Shown one piece after another: positions 8,715 to 18,278 of a DNA stretch of 64,000 nucleotides (position 1 is its first letter; the number at the start of each line of letters is the position of its first letter). The stretch is taken from positions 320,001 to 384,000 of the forward strand of contig CAWCTR010000004.1 of NCBI GenBank assembly GCA_963798485.1, in the 5' to 3' direction. Both the position numbers and the translations under genes were made by a program. The DNA comes from an uncultured delta proteobacterium. GTDB lineage: Bacteria > Desulfobacterota > Desulfomonilia > UBA1062. The notes beneath the pieces were generated by a model that did no database searches, was not told where the DNA came from, and saw nothing but the letters and a program-made list of their open reading frames with translations.

Positions 8715-10205
8715 TTACAGCTTGGTGAGAGTACCCGGCTTCAGCTCTTCCACCCCTGCAAGGTAATTCACAAGATGTTCCCGTGACTTGATATCGTACT
8801 GGGACGTTATGGCGATCTCTTCCATGATGGGCGATCCGCCGCCATGGTAGTTGCCGTAGTTCATGGGCCCGGTAAAACCCGAGCATGAGTAGTCTATAAA
8901 GAGCATCCAGAATTTGATCTGGTCCTCTACGGAGGCGCCTGGATTACGGTTGAGGTACTTCTCCAGGAGCGGCTTCAGTTCCGGGTTCAGGAGGTCGCCT
9001 TCGTTGGGGAAGGTTGCAGGCAGACCGCCTGCAATACTGCAGAGCATCTCCTGCTCCTCGAAAACCGCCTCTCCGGTGAGACATCTGCCCACATTGGCAT
9101 AGATGGAATTAGGGATACAGCTGCCGGGGCCATAGGGCACCGGACCCATGCCCGGGATATAGATCTCGGGCTTGCCCATGGCTGATGCCGTGTAGCCTGC
9201 CGCATAGCCGAGTTCGGTAATCTTGATGAATTCGGCGAGCATCTTCCTGATGTGGCCGGTCTTCCGGATGCCGTTGTGCCGGGCAGCCATAGATGCCATG
9301 CCGGTCAGCACATCGCCGATGGCCGGTTTGCAGCCGGAATAGCTGTGGCGGTGGAACAGGGCGAAGAGCAGGGCACATACACCGCCGTGATCGTTCTCTC
9401 CACAGAGGAAGACCCTGTCCCAGGGCACAAAGACATCATCGAAGATCAGGTATGAATCCGTATAGCCGCCGGCGAATCCTTTGTGATAACTTTTACGCTT
9501 GCGGAAGTTGTGAATGGAGAGCACCTGCTTGACGCCCTCGTGATCGGCCGGTACCGCGAATGCCACGGCATAATCCTTTTCGTCAGGCCCGAGCGCCCTG
9601 GTGGGGATGACCAGGATTTCATCGGCTATGGAGGCCTCGGAGATATGGAGCTTGCATCCCCTGACAACGATACCGTCGCTCTTTTTCTCTACAACATGCA
9701 GGTACATGTCCGGATCGGTCTGTTCAATGGGCCTCTTCAAGCGTTCGCCCTTGACGTCGGTCTGGGCGCAGCACCCCACAAGATCTTTGTCCTGGAAACG
9801 GGTAAGCCATTTCAGGAAGTTCTTGTGATACTCGGTCTTGCCGCCGTTCAGCTTGTCGGCTTCAAATGAGGCTGCATTGATGGCGTTGATGGAGTCTATG
9901 CCCATGCAGCGCTGGATGCAGAAGCCGACTTTACGGCACAGGGCGCGTGTCATGTCCTGTTTTTTATGGAGATCCTGTGTGTTCTGGTGGATATGACAGA
10001 AGCGGTTGATGGTATTGCCCGTAAGGTGTGACTTTGCGGTGCATAGATCCTTGAGCTCCGGGTCTGTGGCAGCATCAAAAGTTACGCCCATGACCTCAAG
10101 GGTGGGCAACTGCAGCTCGTCATCACGGTCAATGATCGAACCGTTGTAGTAGAGATTCCTGCGCATCTTGCGCAACCCTTCTATGTATTGTTTCTTCGTT
10201 CTCAT
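8715..10205 (-). CDS. 4-hydroxybutyryl-CoA dehydratase / HpaB-fold FAD-[4Fe-4S] family protein
   Basis: Fe-S ligand pattern CIQRC and HRHSYSGCK, AQTDVKG, C-terminal HGGGSP, as in the AbfD family. Confidence 0.85.
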   Translation of the reverse strand: MRTKKQYIEGLRKMRRNLYYNGSIIDRDDELQLPTLEVMGVTFDAATDPELKDLCTAKSHLTGNTINRFCHIHQNTQDLHKKQDMTRALCRKVGFCIQRCMGIDSINAINAASFEADKLNGGKTEYHKNFLKWLTRFQDKDLVGCCAQTDVKGERLKRPIEQTDPDMYLHVVEKKSDGIVVRGCKLHISEASIADEILVIPTRALGPDEKDYAVAFAVPADHEGVKQVLSIHNFRKRKSYHKGFAGGYTDSYLIFDDVFVPWDRVFLCGENDHGGVCALLFALFHRHSYSGCKPAIGDVLTGMASMAARHNGIRKTGHIRKMLAEFIKITELGYAAGYTASAMGKPEIYIPGMGPVPYGPGSCIPNSIYANVGRCLTGEAVFEEQEMLCSIAGGLPATFPNEGDLLNPELKPLLEKYLNRNPGASVEDQIKFWMLFIDYSCSGFTGPMNYGNYHGGGSPIMEEIAITSQYDIKSREHLVNYLAGVEELKPGTLTKL

Positions 10206-10247
10206 ACAAACCTCCGTTTGAGATGCTCTTTTCGTTTGACCATGTTG

Positions 10248-10934
10248 TTATGACCCTTGTGTCCTTTTAGTGTTGTCTGTTTTTTTCAGCGATATGGCAT
10301 CGTCTCCGAGGTGCAGGTGGAGGGTGATATCCTTGGAGTTCTTCTGAACCCGTAACCCTTCGAGTATCAGGTCAACGAGGGGATCGACATGGTCCATCAG
10401 ATTGGATGGGGTGCCTAGGAGATGCCACCTGGTGCAGAGGTGTTCAATAGTCCCCAGGATCATGGATCGTACCAGATAGGGATCAGCGTCCTTTTTAAAG
10501 GTGCCCTCTTCCATGCCTTCCTGAATGCAGGACAGCAGCATGCGTGCGGCAGTGCGGATTACCTCGTAGGCCTTGGTCTTCAGAAAATTCCTGTTGGTCT
10601 TGAGGTGGAGCATTATCAGGGCGGAGTACTGGGGATTTTTTTCATAGAGGGTCATATAAATCTGTACAAGGGCCCTCAGTTTGGATTCAACACCCCTGAG
10701 GAACGGCAGCATCTTCTCTGCGCCTCTTAACGCCTCGTCCGTAATCTCCTCGGGAATCGCAAACAGCAATTCCTCCTTGCTCTTGAAATATTCGTATACG
10801 GTGGCGTCAGAGACCCCTGCGGCCTTGCTTATTTCAGAAATGGTCGCATCCTGGAAACCCTTTTCGGCGAAAATTTTCAGGGCGGATTCGATGATTCTCT
10901 CTCTTCGTGCGGTTTTCGGGGTTGTCTTTGTCAT
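10248..10934 (-). CDS. TetR/AcrR family transcriptional regulator
   Basis: N-terminal HTH IFAEKGFQDATISEISKAAGVSDATVYEYFKSKEELL. Confidence 0.93.
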   Translation of the reverse strand: MTKTTPKTARRERIIESALKIFAEKGFQDATISEISKAAGVSDATVYEYFKSKEELLFAIPEEITDEALRGAEKMLPFLRGVESKLRALVQIYMTLYEKNPQYSALIMLHLKTNRNFLKTKAYEVIRTAARMLLSCIQEGMEEGTFKKDADPYLVRSMILGTIEHLCTRWHLLGTPSNLMDHVDPLVDLILEGLRVQKNSKDITLHLHLGDDAISLKKTDNTKRTQGS

Positions 10935-10943
10935 GACCTCACA

Positions 10944-11008
10944 ATACTAGAGTAAGCCTCCGGTAATGTCAAGTATTAATTGACACCGACTATTATTTAA
11001 TGTATATT
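10944..11008. promoter_or_regulatory. Back-to-back sigma-70 promoters for tetR (-) and the SDR (+)
   Basis: Minus strand: TTGACA(10972-10967)-N17-TAGTAT. Plus strand: TTGACA(10980-10985)-N17-TATATT. Confidence 0.65.
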
Positions 11009-11041
11009 AATCATAGTGACACTCTAAATAAGGAGAATAAC

Positions 11042-11806
11042 ATGGAGAAGGTGGATTTTAGTTTAAAAGGGAAGATTGCACTGGTAACCGGGGCCAGCCG
11101 CGGAATCGGCGAGGCCATTGCCATTACGCTTGCCGACTACGGCGCCCACTGTATCCTCGTGAGCCGCAAGGCAGATGCCCTTGCCGGCGTTGCGGAAAAG
11201 ATCGCATCCCGGGGGGGCAAGGCCGAGGTCATGGCCTGCCACGTGGGCGACCTCAAGCAGATCGAGGGGCTCTTCGCCAGGATCAAGGAGCGCCATGGCA
11301 AGCTCCACATCCTCATCAACAACGCCGCCACCAACCCCTACTTCGGGGAGATGCTGGGCGCCGATGAAGGGGTATGGAACAAGACCTTTGACGTGAACCT
11401 CAAGGGACCGTTCTTCCTGATCAAGCATGCAGCCATACTCATGACGGAATCGGGTGGCGGCTCCATTGTGAACGTGTCTTCCATCAACGGTGTCAAGCCG
11501 GCGCCTTTACAGGGGATCTATTCCATCACCAAGGCCGGGCTCATCTCCATGACGTTAGCCTTTGCCAAGGAGCTTGCCGCCAGGAACATCCGGGTGAATG
11601 CGCTGTTGCCGGGCCTGGTGGACACGCACTTCTCCAAGGCCATCATGGGCAACGAGGCCATTCACGACTATGCGGTCAAGATGATCCCCATGAACAGGCA
11701 CGCCCAGCCCCGGGAGATCGCAGGTGTGGTGCTCTATCTGGTCTCCGATGCGGCCTCCTTCACAACGGGCGCGAGCTTCGTAGTGGACGGTGGGGCCTTG
11801 GCATAA
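11042..11806 (+). CDS. Short-chain dehydrogenase/reductase
   Basis: TGASRGIG, NNAA, YSITK catalytic motif; AAGGAG RBS before ATG 11042. Confidence 0.92.
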   Translation: MEKVDFSLKGKIALVTGASRGIGEAIAITLADYGAHCILVSRKADALAGVAEKIASRGGKAEVMACHVGDLKQIEGLFARIKERHGKLHILINNAATNPYFGEMLGADEGVWNKTFDVNLKGPFFLIKHAAILMTESGGGSIVNVSSINGVKPAPLQGIYSITKAGLISMTLAFAKELAARNIRVNALLPGLVDTHFSKAIMGNEAIHDYAVKMIPMNRHAQPREIAGVVLYLVSDAASFTTGASFVVDGGALA

Positions 11807-11860
11807 AGATATAAATCTTTGAAGAAGAGTCGAAGACGTAACCTTTGAAAGGGGATCGAT

Positions 11861-12778
11861 ATGAAGATAGATGACATCAAACGTGTGCTCATCCTGGGCG
11901 CAGGCACCATGGGACAGCAGATCGGGCTCCAGTGCGCCATGCATGGATATGAGGTTGTGTACTATGATATCTCCCAGGACATCCTGGACAATGCAGTAAG
12001 GCGTGTGGCTAAGCTCGCCTCCTGGTACGCCTCCATCGGCCGCCTCACCGATGAGCAGTTCCGGCAGACGCTGGCGAGGATCACATCCACGACAGACCCT
12101 GCCAAAGCGGCCCATGAAGTAGATTTTGTAAATGAGTCGGTGCCCGAGGACCCTGACCTGAAGGGTAAGGTGTTCGCACAGTTCAACAAGCTCTGCCCCG
12201 AGCGAACCATATTTACCACCAATACCTCCTATCTTGTTCCATCCATGTTTGCCGAGGCCTCAGGCAGACCGGAAAAATTGGCAGCACTCCACTTCCATGA
12301 CCTTCGGGCAAGCAATGTGGTGGATGTCATGCCCCACCCGGGAACAGCGCCCTACGTTACGAATCTCGTACAAGACTTCGCTAAAAGTATCGGGCAGATC
12401 GTTATCATGCTCCATAGGGAGAACAATGGTTACGTGTTCAATACCATGATATCGAGCCTCTTCTTCTCAGCTATGACCCTGGCTTCAAAAAAGGTAAGCT
12501 CAATTGAGGATATCGACCGCGCCTGGATGGGGATCACGCATATGCCCATCGGACCCTTCGGCCTCATGGACCAGATAGGCCTGAAGACCGTATGGACTAT
12601 CACCGAATACTGGGCCAAGAAGGCCGGCGACAAGCAGTCGCAGGAAAACGCCGACTTCCTGAAACAGTTCGTTGACAAGGGTGAGCTGGGGTACAAGACG
12701 AACAAGGGGTTTTATTCGTATCCGAAACCTGCATACCAGAAGGATGATTTTCTTCTTGGAGAAACGGGAAAAGAATAA
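11861..12778 (+). CDS. 3-hydroxyacyl-CoA dehydrogenase family
   Basis: GAGTMG, ESVPE, TNTS, ALHF, PIGPFGLMDQIGL, GELGYKTNKGFY. Confidence 0.92.
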   Translation: MKIDDIKRVLILGAGTMGQQIGLQCAMHGYEVVYYDISQDILDNAVRRVAKLASWYASIGRLTDEQFRQTLARITSTTDPAKAAHEVDFVNESVPEDPDLKGKVFAQFNKLCPERTIFTTNTSYLVPSMFAEASGRPEKLAALHFHDLRASNVVDVMPHPGTAPYVTNLVQDFAKSIGQIVIMLHRENNGYVFNTMISSLFFSAMTLASKKVSSIEDIDRAWMGITHMPIGPFGLMDQIGLKTVWTITEYWAKKAGDKQSQENADFLKQFVDKGELGYKTNKGFYSYPKPAYQKDDFLLGETGKE

Positions 12779-12841
12779 AGAGAGCTTAAGTAAAGGGACC
12801 AAGGTTACGGGTGCATGGAGTTCGAGCAGACATAGGAGTAG

Positions 12842-12954
12842 TTCACCACGAAGGTCACGAAGAAAGGAACCTTTTAAAATAGCGGGTCGGTTCAAAGAAT
12901 CCAAGGGTGTCTGTACTGCATTCCTAAGATCTTCCTCGTGCCCTATGTAGTGAA
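12842..12954. repeat. Degenerate inverted repeat (CACGAAG-type intergenic element)
   Basis: TTCACCACGAAGGTCACGAAGAA (12842-12864) matches the reverse complement of 12932-12954 at 18/23 positions. Confidence 0.45.
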
Positions 12955-13025
12955 AACAATGTGCCTCCAATTACCTTTATAGCCTCATAAAAAGTATGCT
13001 TAACAGGGAACTATATTTCTTATAG

Positions 13026-13690
13026 TTATCTCATTGCCGCTTCCAGCACAGACGGATGCTTGAGGATGGCCTGCTCCACATCGTAAGCCGACACGTTCTC
13101 ACCCCTTCTCCTCTTGGAGTCGGTGCTGCGGCCCACAAAGTAGATGTAACCCTGCTCGTCCTGGTACATGAGGTCGCCGGTATACTCCCATTCGCCTTTT
13201 GTCTTCTCACCCGATGCATCCGGGTTTTTGTAATACTCCACCGAGCTCTTTTTGTTCGGGTCCACCTTGAACAGGAGCTCACCCGTGGCGCCTGTTGAAA
13301 CATCATTGCCTTTCTCGTCCACGAGCCTGATGACGGAGTTCATGGGCTTGCCGAGAGAGCCCTTGGGCCCGTCGCCGAAGTTAGCGATGAACCCGGTCCC
13401 GTCGATGGCAGCATAGGCCTCCCAGATCTTGACATTGAACCTATTTTCGAAGGGCTCCCACAAGGCTGCATGGGCACCCGGCTGAAAGGATTCTTACCAC
13501 CTGATGGTTCTTTTCATACGGGCTTTCCGGCTGCTTCATGAGGATGGGGATGATGGCTCCGATGGTATTGAACACGGTTGCCTTGGACTTCACTATCTCC
13601 TCCCAGAACCTGCCGGCCGAGAACCGCTTGGACAGGGCCACCGTGCACCCCACGACCAGTGCGGAGGAGGTGGTGACATAGAGTGCGTTG
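13026..13690 (-). pseudogene. Truncated, frameshifted paralog of the CoA ligase at 16669-18237
   Basis: Internal fragment (GCTVALSKRFSAG...LEAA). A 1-nt insertion at 13471; no N- or C-terminus. Confidence 0.88.
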
Positions 13691-14034
13691 CCGCTTCAAG
13701 ATCATCCGGTTTGTTTTCAAGATAGAAATTGTGAATGTTCACCAGGATCTGGATGGGAGGCAGGCTGTAGCTGTTACCCATTCCCAGCAGTGCGTTTCTC
13801 CTGAACACATCAGCCAGTATCTGTTCTACATAGGCGAGGTCTTTCCCGAAGGCGTCAGCCACTCCCCGGGTGGAAACAAACAAACCGGGGCGCTTGAGAT
13901 TCTGGAGCAGTTCGGCTTCATGGGGTGAATAAACCAGCTTGAGATACCTGATAAATGCCGTCAGCGGCTTTCGGGGCGGTGGAGAAGAATTCATCCATCT
14001 TCTGTGCAATGGTTATGTATACGGCATCGCTCAT
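13691..14034 (-). pseudogene. 5' remnant of a gene (resembles the N-terminus of 4Fe-4S-binding proteins), frameshifted and fused to the ligase fragment
   Basis: AAGGAGG RBS + ATG 14034 (MSDAVYITIAQKMDE...). Continues in another frame (AFIRYLKLVYSPHEAELL...) and then joins ligase-like DNA near 13690. Confidence 0.55.
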
Positions 14035-14067
14035 GGTATCCCTCCTTAACGTCAAGTTTTTTCTCAT

Positions 14068-14661
14068 TTATCTTCTCTCGAAAGAGTTAACCCCTGGTGT
14101 GAAATTCTCAGTGGTATTAATCCATCCGTCCCAATGATCATAAGGTGGTGACTCCTTGAACCACTCTACAGGATAGTGATTCATGCCTGGCAAAATGCGG
14201 CTCCAGACCATGGCGACCAAGGCGAGGATCATTATGCCAAGCACAACCGGCTGCCAGAGGGAGAAGAAACCGGCATGCTAATTTATCATGATCAGGGGAT
14301 TTGCTCCGGCAGGAGGATGCACTGTCCTTGTGGAAAGCATGTATATGAGAGAGAGAACCATTGCCAGTACATATACCAGAAGCGCATCCCCGAATGCATG
14401 GTAACAGAGCAAACCGATGAGCGCGCAGCCTAAATGCCCGCCAAAGAGGGCTCGTGGTTGCGCTGCAGCAGTGTGAGTGAGACCAAAGAGGAATACAGTA
14501 GATCCGCCCAGGGAGGCCAGGAGAAATGGCGATGAGGGTATACCGGCAAACCATAATGCCAAACCGATACCTGCTGTAGCGCCCACGGCTCGCCAGAGCA
14601 GTCGCTGGAAGTCCTTAGTGAGTTGTTGTTTTTTTCTCATTTGCTCATACTTATGGGACAT
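14068..14661 (-). pseudogene. HPP family membrane protein interrupted by an in-frame TAG (14278-14280)
   Basis: AQPRALFGGH and HPPAGANPL motifs. The same frame continues after TAG with a TM helix (HAGFFSLWQPVVLGIMILALVAMVWSR) to TAA at 14068. Confidence 0.8.
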
Positions 14662-16000
14662 ACTTCTCAACCATCGAATGGTGCGCAGAGTCTTTATGAC
14701 CTTCCAAGCGATCTGCCTCAGCCTTCTTCAGACGACGATTATACAGAAAACCTTCAATCATGGATTTGGGCTCCAGGCCGAAGTACAATTTGTGGAAAAG
14801 AACGGTCGATTTAACCATATCCTTGATAATAACCCATGCACCCGGCTTTGGGAGTTGCCTTATCTTTACCGCTTCCTCATAGGTGGGCACATTCACCATA
14901 TCTCCGTTCGGTCCGCGCACCACCAGACCCCCATCGACCAGAAGCCGATAACGCTTGGCTGTCTCTTCCAATGCGGGACCGCAGATAAGGCTGCAATGCG
15001 CGCAGGTCAGTATGGTTTCGTCTCGAAGACCGGTGACCCCCGCCTTTTCCGCAAGGGTAAAAAGCGCCTTCTCTCGCTCTTCACGTCGGAGGTTTTCAGG
15101 ATGCTTATCCAGATATTCCTTGAGGACTTCATCGGGGATGATATCATGACCAATGGCCTTGACCATGCTGAATCGGCCGGAAGTATCTCCGGCCAGGTTG
15201 GCTCTCAGCGTCAGTTCCCTTACGGCGTCCCACTTCGTGATCGAATCGACCGGCTTTTCCATCCACTCCTTGTCCCAGCGATAGCCCCAGGTGGTCCATT
15301 TCCTGTCCGGTGAGATGCTGTGCAATCCGAAACAGGCGGCGCTGCACAGGTTGATGTCTCGCCGTTTTCCCCGCGGGTGGAGCGCGCCGTTCAGGAGCAC
15401 GTACTCTTCCTCGTCGTCCCGGAACATCTGCGCTGAACAGGTCTTGGCGCATATGCCACACGCGTTGCAAAAGTTGTCGATGAAATGGCGGGGTGAGTGC
15501 CGGATCGGGTCGCTTTCAAGCACTGCATCGGTCACCACAGTTCCTATATAGATGGAAGCGCCGTACTCGGCGCTCATGACATTGCCCGACCAGCCCTGCC
15601 CCGCTATCCCTGCCGCGATAGCTCCGAAGCGGTGGGAGAAGCTTGGAAGGACAGCATAGATGTATGGGTGACGGCGGTAGCTGCTGTTGGGGGGCACGCT
15701 CTCGGCTTTGTAACCCATTGACCGGATATACTCTGCCAAAGAATCACAGATGCGGTGCATCCGTTGATTCTTCTTCAATTGATCGAGCCAGTGCGGCACG
15801 GGCGACTTCTTACCCAGAAAATCATAAATGGCATTCACATCCATGGGCAATATCATTGACACTATGGACCGTGCGCCTCGCATGGTATAGGTCGGGTCCA
15901 GAGAGGGAGGCCCGTCAAGCCTATCCGGACCCGCCACACCAACAACCTCTACACCCTGATCTCTTACAAATGCTTTGATCTTCTGTTCCAGATTACCCAT
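14651..16000 (-). CDS. QueG/reductive-dehalogenase-like Fe-S (probably cobalamin-binding) oxidoreductase
   Basis: VVGVA...ARSIVS, FSHRFGAIAAGIAGQGWSGNV, GTVVTDAVL, CNACGICAKTC, CSAAC, CAHCSLIC; GGAG RBS before MGNLEQ. Confidence 0.72.
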   Translation of the reverse strand: MGNLEQKIKAFVRDQGVEVVGVAGPDRLDGPPSLDPTYTMRGARSIVSMILPMDVNAIYDFLGKKSPVPHWLDQLKKNQRMHRICDSLAEYIRSMGYKAESVPPNSSYRRHPYIYAVLPSFSHRFGAIAAGIAGQGWSGNVMSAEYGASIYIGTVVTDAVLESDPIRHSPRHFIDNFCNACGICAKTCSAQMFRDDEEEYVLLNGALHPRGKRRDINLCSAACFGLHSISPDRKWTTWGYRWDKEWMEKPVDSITKWDAVRELTLRANLAGDTSGRFSMVKAIGHDIIPDEVLKEYLDKHPENLRREEREKALFTLAEKAGVTGLRDETILTCAHCSLICGPALEETAKRYRLLVDGGLVVRGPNGDMVNVPTYEEAVKIRQLPKPGAWVIIKDMVKSTVLFHKLYFGLEPKSMIEGFLYNRRLKKAEADRLEGHKDSAHHSMVEKYVP

Positions 16001-16016
16001 TATCCCATCTCCTCTC

Positions 16017-16559
16017 CTAATTCTTTTTGTGAATCTTCTCCAAGGCATCTACGTTTTCCAGAGGAACCCGAGTGGATTCGAGGAATCTGCTGACCATGTT
16101 GAAGTGACTTACACACAGGATGAGCTCCGTCGCTCCGCGAACACCGTACCGGTCAAGGATTTGTGCAAGGGCATCGTCGCTGAGCCTCACGTTCCGGCTG
16201 ATCTCATCCGCCACCCGGCAGAGAAGATTGCATTCATCGTCGAGGGAGGTTACCGGGTCCTCGGTCATGATCTTTTCGATCTGTTCCTCGGTAACGCCGC
16301 ATTGCCTGGCTACGGTGACATGATGGGTCCACTCGTAGTTTGCCTCAGTGACCCGTGCGACCCGTAAGATTGCGATTTCACGGTTTCGCGGGTCGAACTG
16401 GCTCTCGAAAAGGATTGAACGGGCTAACGCTGCAAGGGTCATGAAGCTTGCCGGAGCGTTTGCTGCCATGCGGAAGATGTTGAGCGGCATCGCTTCGACA
16501 GCTTCCCTTATCCCGGAAGGTAGGCTCCCAATCTCGGGAAGCGGTATAGAAATACTCAT
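16017..16559 (-). CDS. Carboxymuconolactone decarboxylase/AhpD-like family protein
   Basis: LNIFRMAAN, REIAILRVA...YEWTHH, GVTEEQI. Confidence 0.85.
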   Translation of the reverse strand: MSISIPLPEIGSLPSGIREAVEAMPLNIFRMAANAPASFMTLAALARSILFESQFDPRNREIAILRVARVTEANYEWTHHVTVARQCGVTEEQIEKIMTEDPVTSLDDECNLLCRVADEISRNVRLSDDALAQILDRYGVRGATELILCVSHFNMVSRFLESTRVPLENVDALEKIHKKN

Positions 16560-16668
16560 ATAGATTTCTCCTTTCCTTTCTGATGATGGCTTCGTGCCTC
16601 AAATATGTTTGCCGAACATGCCTGCCGGCTGTTTGGCTTGATATATGGAAACGACCGCAAAGGTTTAT

Positions 16669-18237
16669 TCATGCCTCTGCATCGAATGTGTCCGTCGTAA
16701 CCCCTATTGACTTCAGTTCGCCCTTTTTGATGCGGAAGGTTTCTGTCCGGGGAAAGTCATCCACCATGCGGAGATAGCGCGGTATGGCGAATTTGGCGAG
16801 CTTGTCCTGGAGGAATCCCCACAGTTCTTTGCCGGCTATTTTTTCCCCCTCCACGAGCTTGACCGAGGCCATGATCTCGTCTTCGGTCATCTCGGATGGT
16901 ACAGCATATACAGCCGCCTCCAGTACAGACGGATGCTTGAGGATGGCCTGCTCCACGTCGTAGGCCGACACGTTCTCACCCCTTCTCCTCATGGAGTCGG
17001 TGCTGCGGCCCACAAAGTAGATGTAACCCTGCTCGTCCTGGTACATGAGGTCGCCGGTATACTCCCATTCGCCTTTTGTCTTCTCACCCGATGCATCCGG
17101 GTTTTTGTAATACTCCACCGAGCTCTTTTTGTTCGGGTCCACCTTGAACAGGAGCTCACCCGTGGCGCCTGTTGAAACATCATTGCCTTTCTCGTCCACG
17201 AGCCTGATGACGGAGTTCATGGGCTTGCCGAGAGAGCCCTTGGGCCCGTCGCCGAAGTTAGCGATGAACCCGGTCCCGTCGATGGCAGCATAGGCCTCCC
17301 AGATCTTGACATTGAACCTATTTTCGAAGGGCTCCCACAAGGCTGCAGGGCACCCGGCCGACAGGACCCTCACCACCTGGTGGCTCTTCTCGAAAGGGCT
17401 CTCCGGCTGCTTCATGAGGATGGGGATGATGGCGCCGATGGTGTTGAACACCGTGGCCTTGGACTTCACTATTTCTTCCCAGAACCTGCCGGCGGAAAAT
17501 CGCTTGGAAAGCGCCACCGTGCACCCCACGACGAGTGAAGAGGTGACCGTGACATAGAGCGCGTTCCCGTGGAACAGCTGCAAGGCGGTATAGTATACGG
17601 AGTCGGGTGTGAGTATTATGGCAGCCAACATCTTGAGCCGTTCGATGATGTTCTTGTTGTAGCGCATGACCACGCCCTTGGGCAGGCCCGTGGTGCCGGA
17701 CGTGTACATGAGCATGAGGATGGAGTTCTCGTCGAACCTCACAACAGGCTTAGAGGTGGGAGCATCGATGTGGTACGCATCCTTCAGGTTGATCATACCC
17801 TTGGGGACCTTGAAGCCCTGGGGTGCTTCAAAGGTGTTGACGAATACACGTTCGATCTTGGGTGTCTTTGCCTCCACGCTCTTGTAGATGTCTATGAGGT
17901 CGTGGTCCACCACCAGGTATTTCGTGTCGCTGTTGTCGATGGTGTAGGCGAGCTGGTCACCGCGCAGCGAGGTGTTCACCGTGTTCACATACATCCCGAT
18001 CTTCTGGATGCCGAAAAAAATGTCCAGGAACTCGGTGGAGTTGTTCATGAGGGTGGCGATACCGTCACCCGGAGCAGCCCCCAGGTTCAGGAGAAAGTTC
18101 GCTATTCTGTTGGCATTCAGGTCCATGTCCGCATAACTGATGGGACGGTCCTGGTACACGACATATACAAAGGTTTTGTCCTTCAGTTTGGCTGCTTGCT
18201 CTTCGAGCAGGGTGGCCCAGTTGGTTGCAGTAGCCAT
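16669..18237 (-). CDS. AMP-forming acyl-CoA ligase (CaiC/crotonobetaine-type subfamily)
   Basis: YTSGTTGLPKG, LFHGNA, RFSAGRFW, TGDL, RRRGENVSA, PRTETFRIKK. Confidence 0.9.
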   Translation of the reverse strand: MATATNWATLLEEQAAKLKDKTFVYVVYQDRPISYADMDLNANRIANFLLNLGAAPGDGIATLMNNSTEFLDIFFGIQKIGMYVNTVNTSLRGDQLAYTIDNSDTKYLVVDHDLIDIYKSVEAKTPKIERVFVNTFEAPQGFKVPKGMINLKDAYHIDAPTSKPVVRFDENSILMLMYTSGTTGLPKGVVMRYNKNIIERLKMLAAIILTPDSVYYTALQLFHGNALYVTVTSSLVVGCTVALSKRFSAGRFWEEIVKSKATVFNTIGAIIPILMKQPESPFEKSHQVVRVLSAGCPAALWEPFENRFNVKIWEAYAAIDGTGFIANFGDGPKGSLGKPMNSVIRLVDEKGNDVSTGATGELLFKVDPNKKSSVEYYKNPDASGEKTKGEWEYTGDLMYQDEQGYIYFVGRSTDSMRRRGENVSAYDVEQAILKHPSVLEAAVYAVPSEMTEDEIMASVKLVEGEKIAGKELWGFLQDKLAKFAIPRYLRMVDDFPRTETFRIKKGELKSIGVTTDTFDAEA

Positions 18238-18278
18238 ACTATTTACTCCTTTTCTTTTATGTGTGATTGTCGAGTGTG

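Noticed and set aside
14651-16000. Respiratory reductive dehalogenase (rdhA)
   Set aside because: No twin-arginine signal and no rdhB-like anchor gene.
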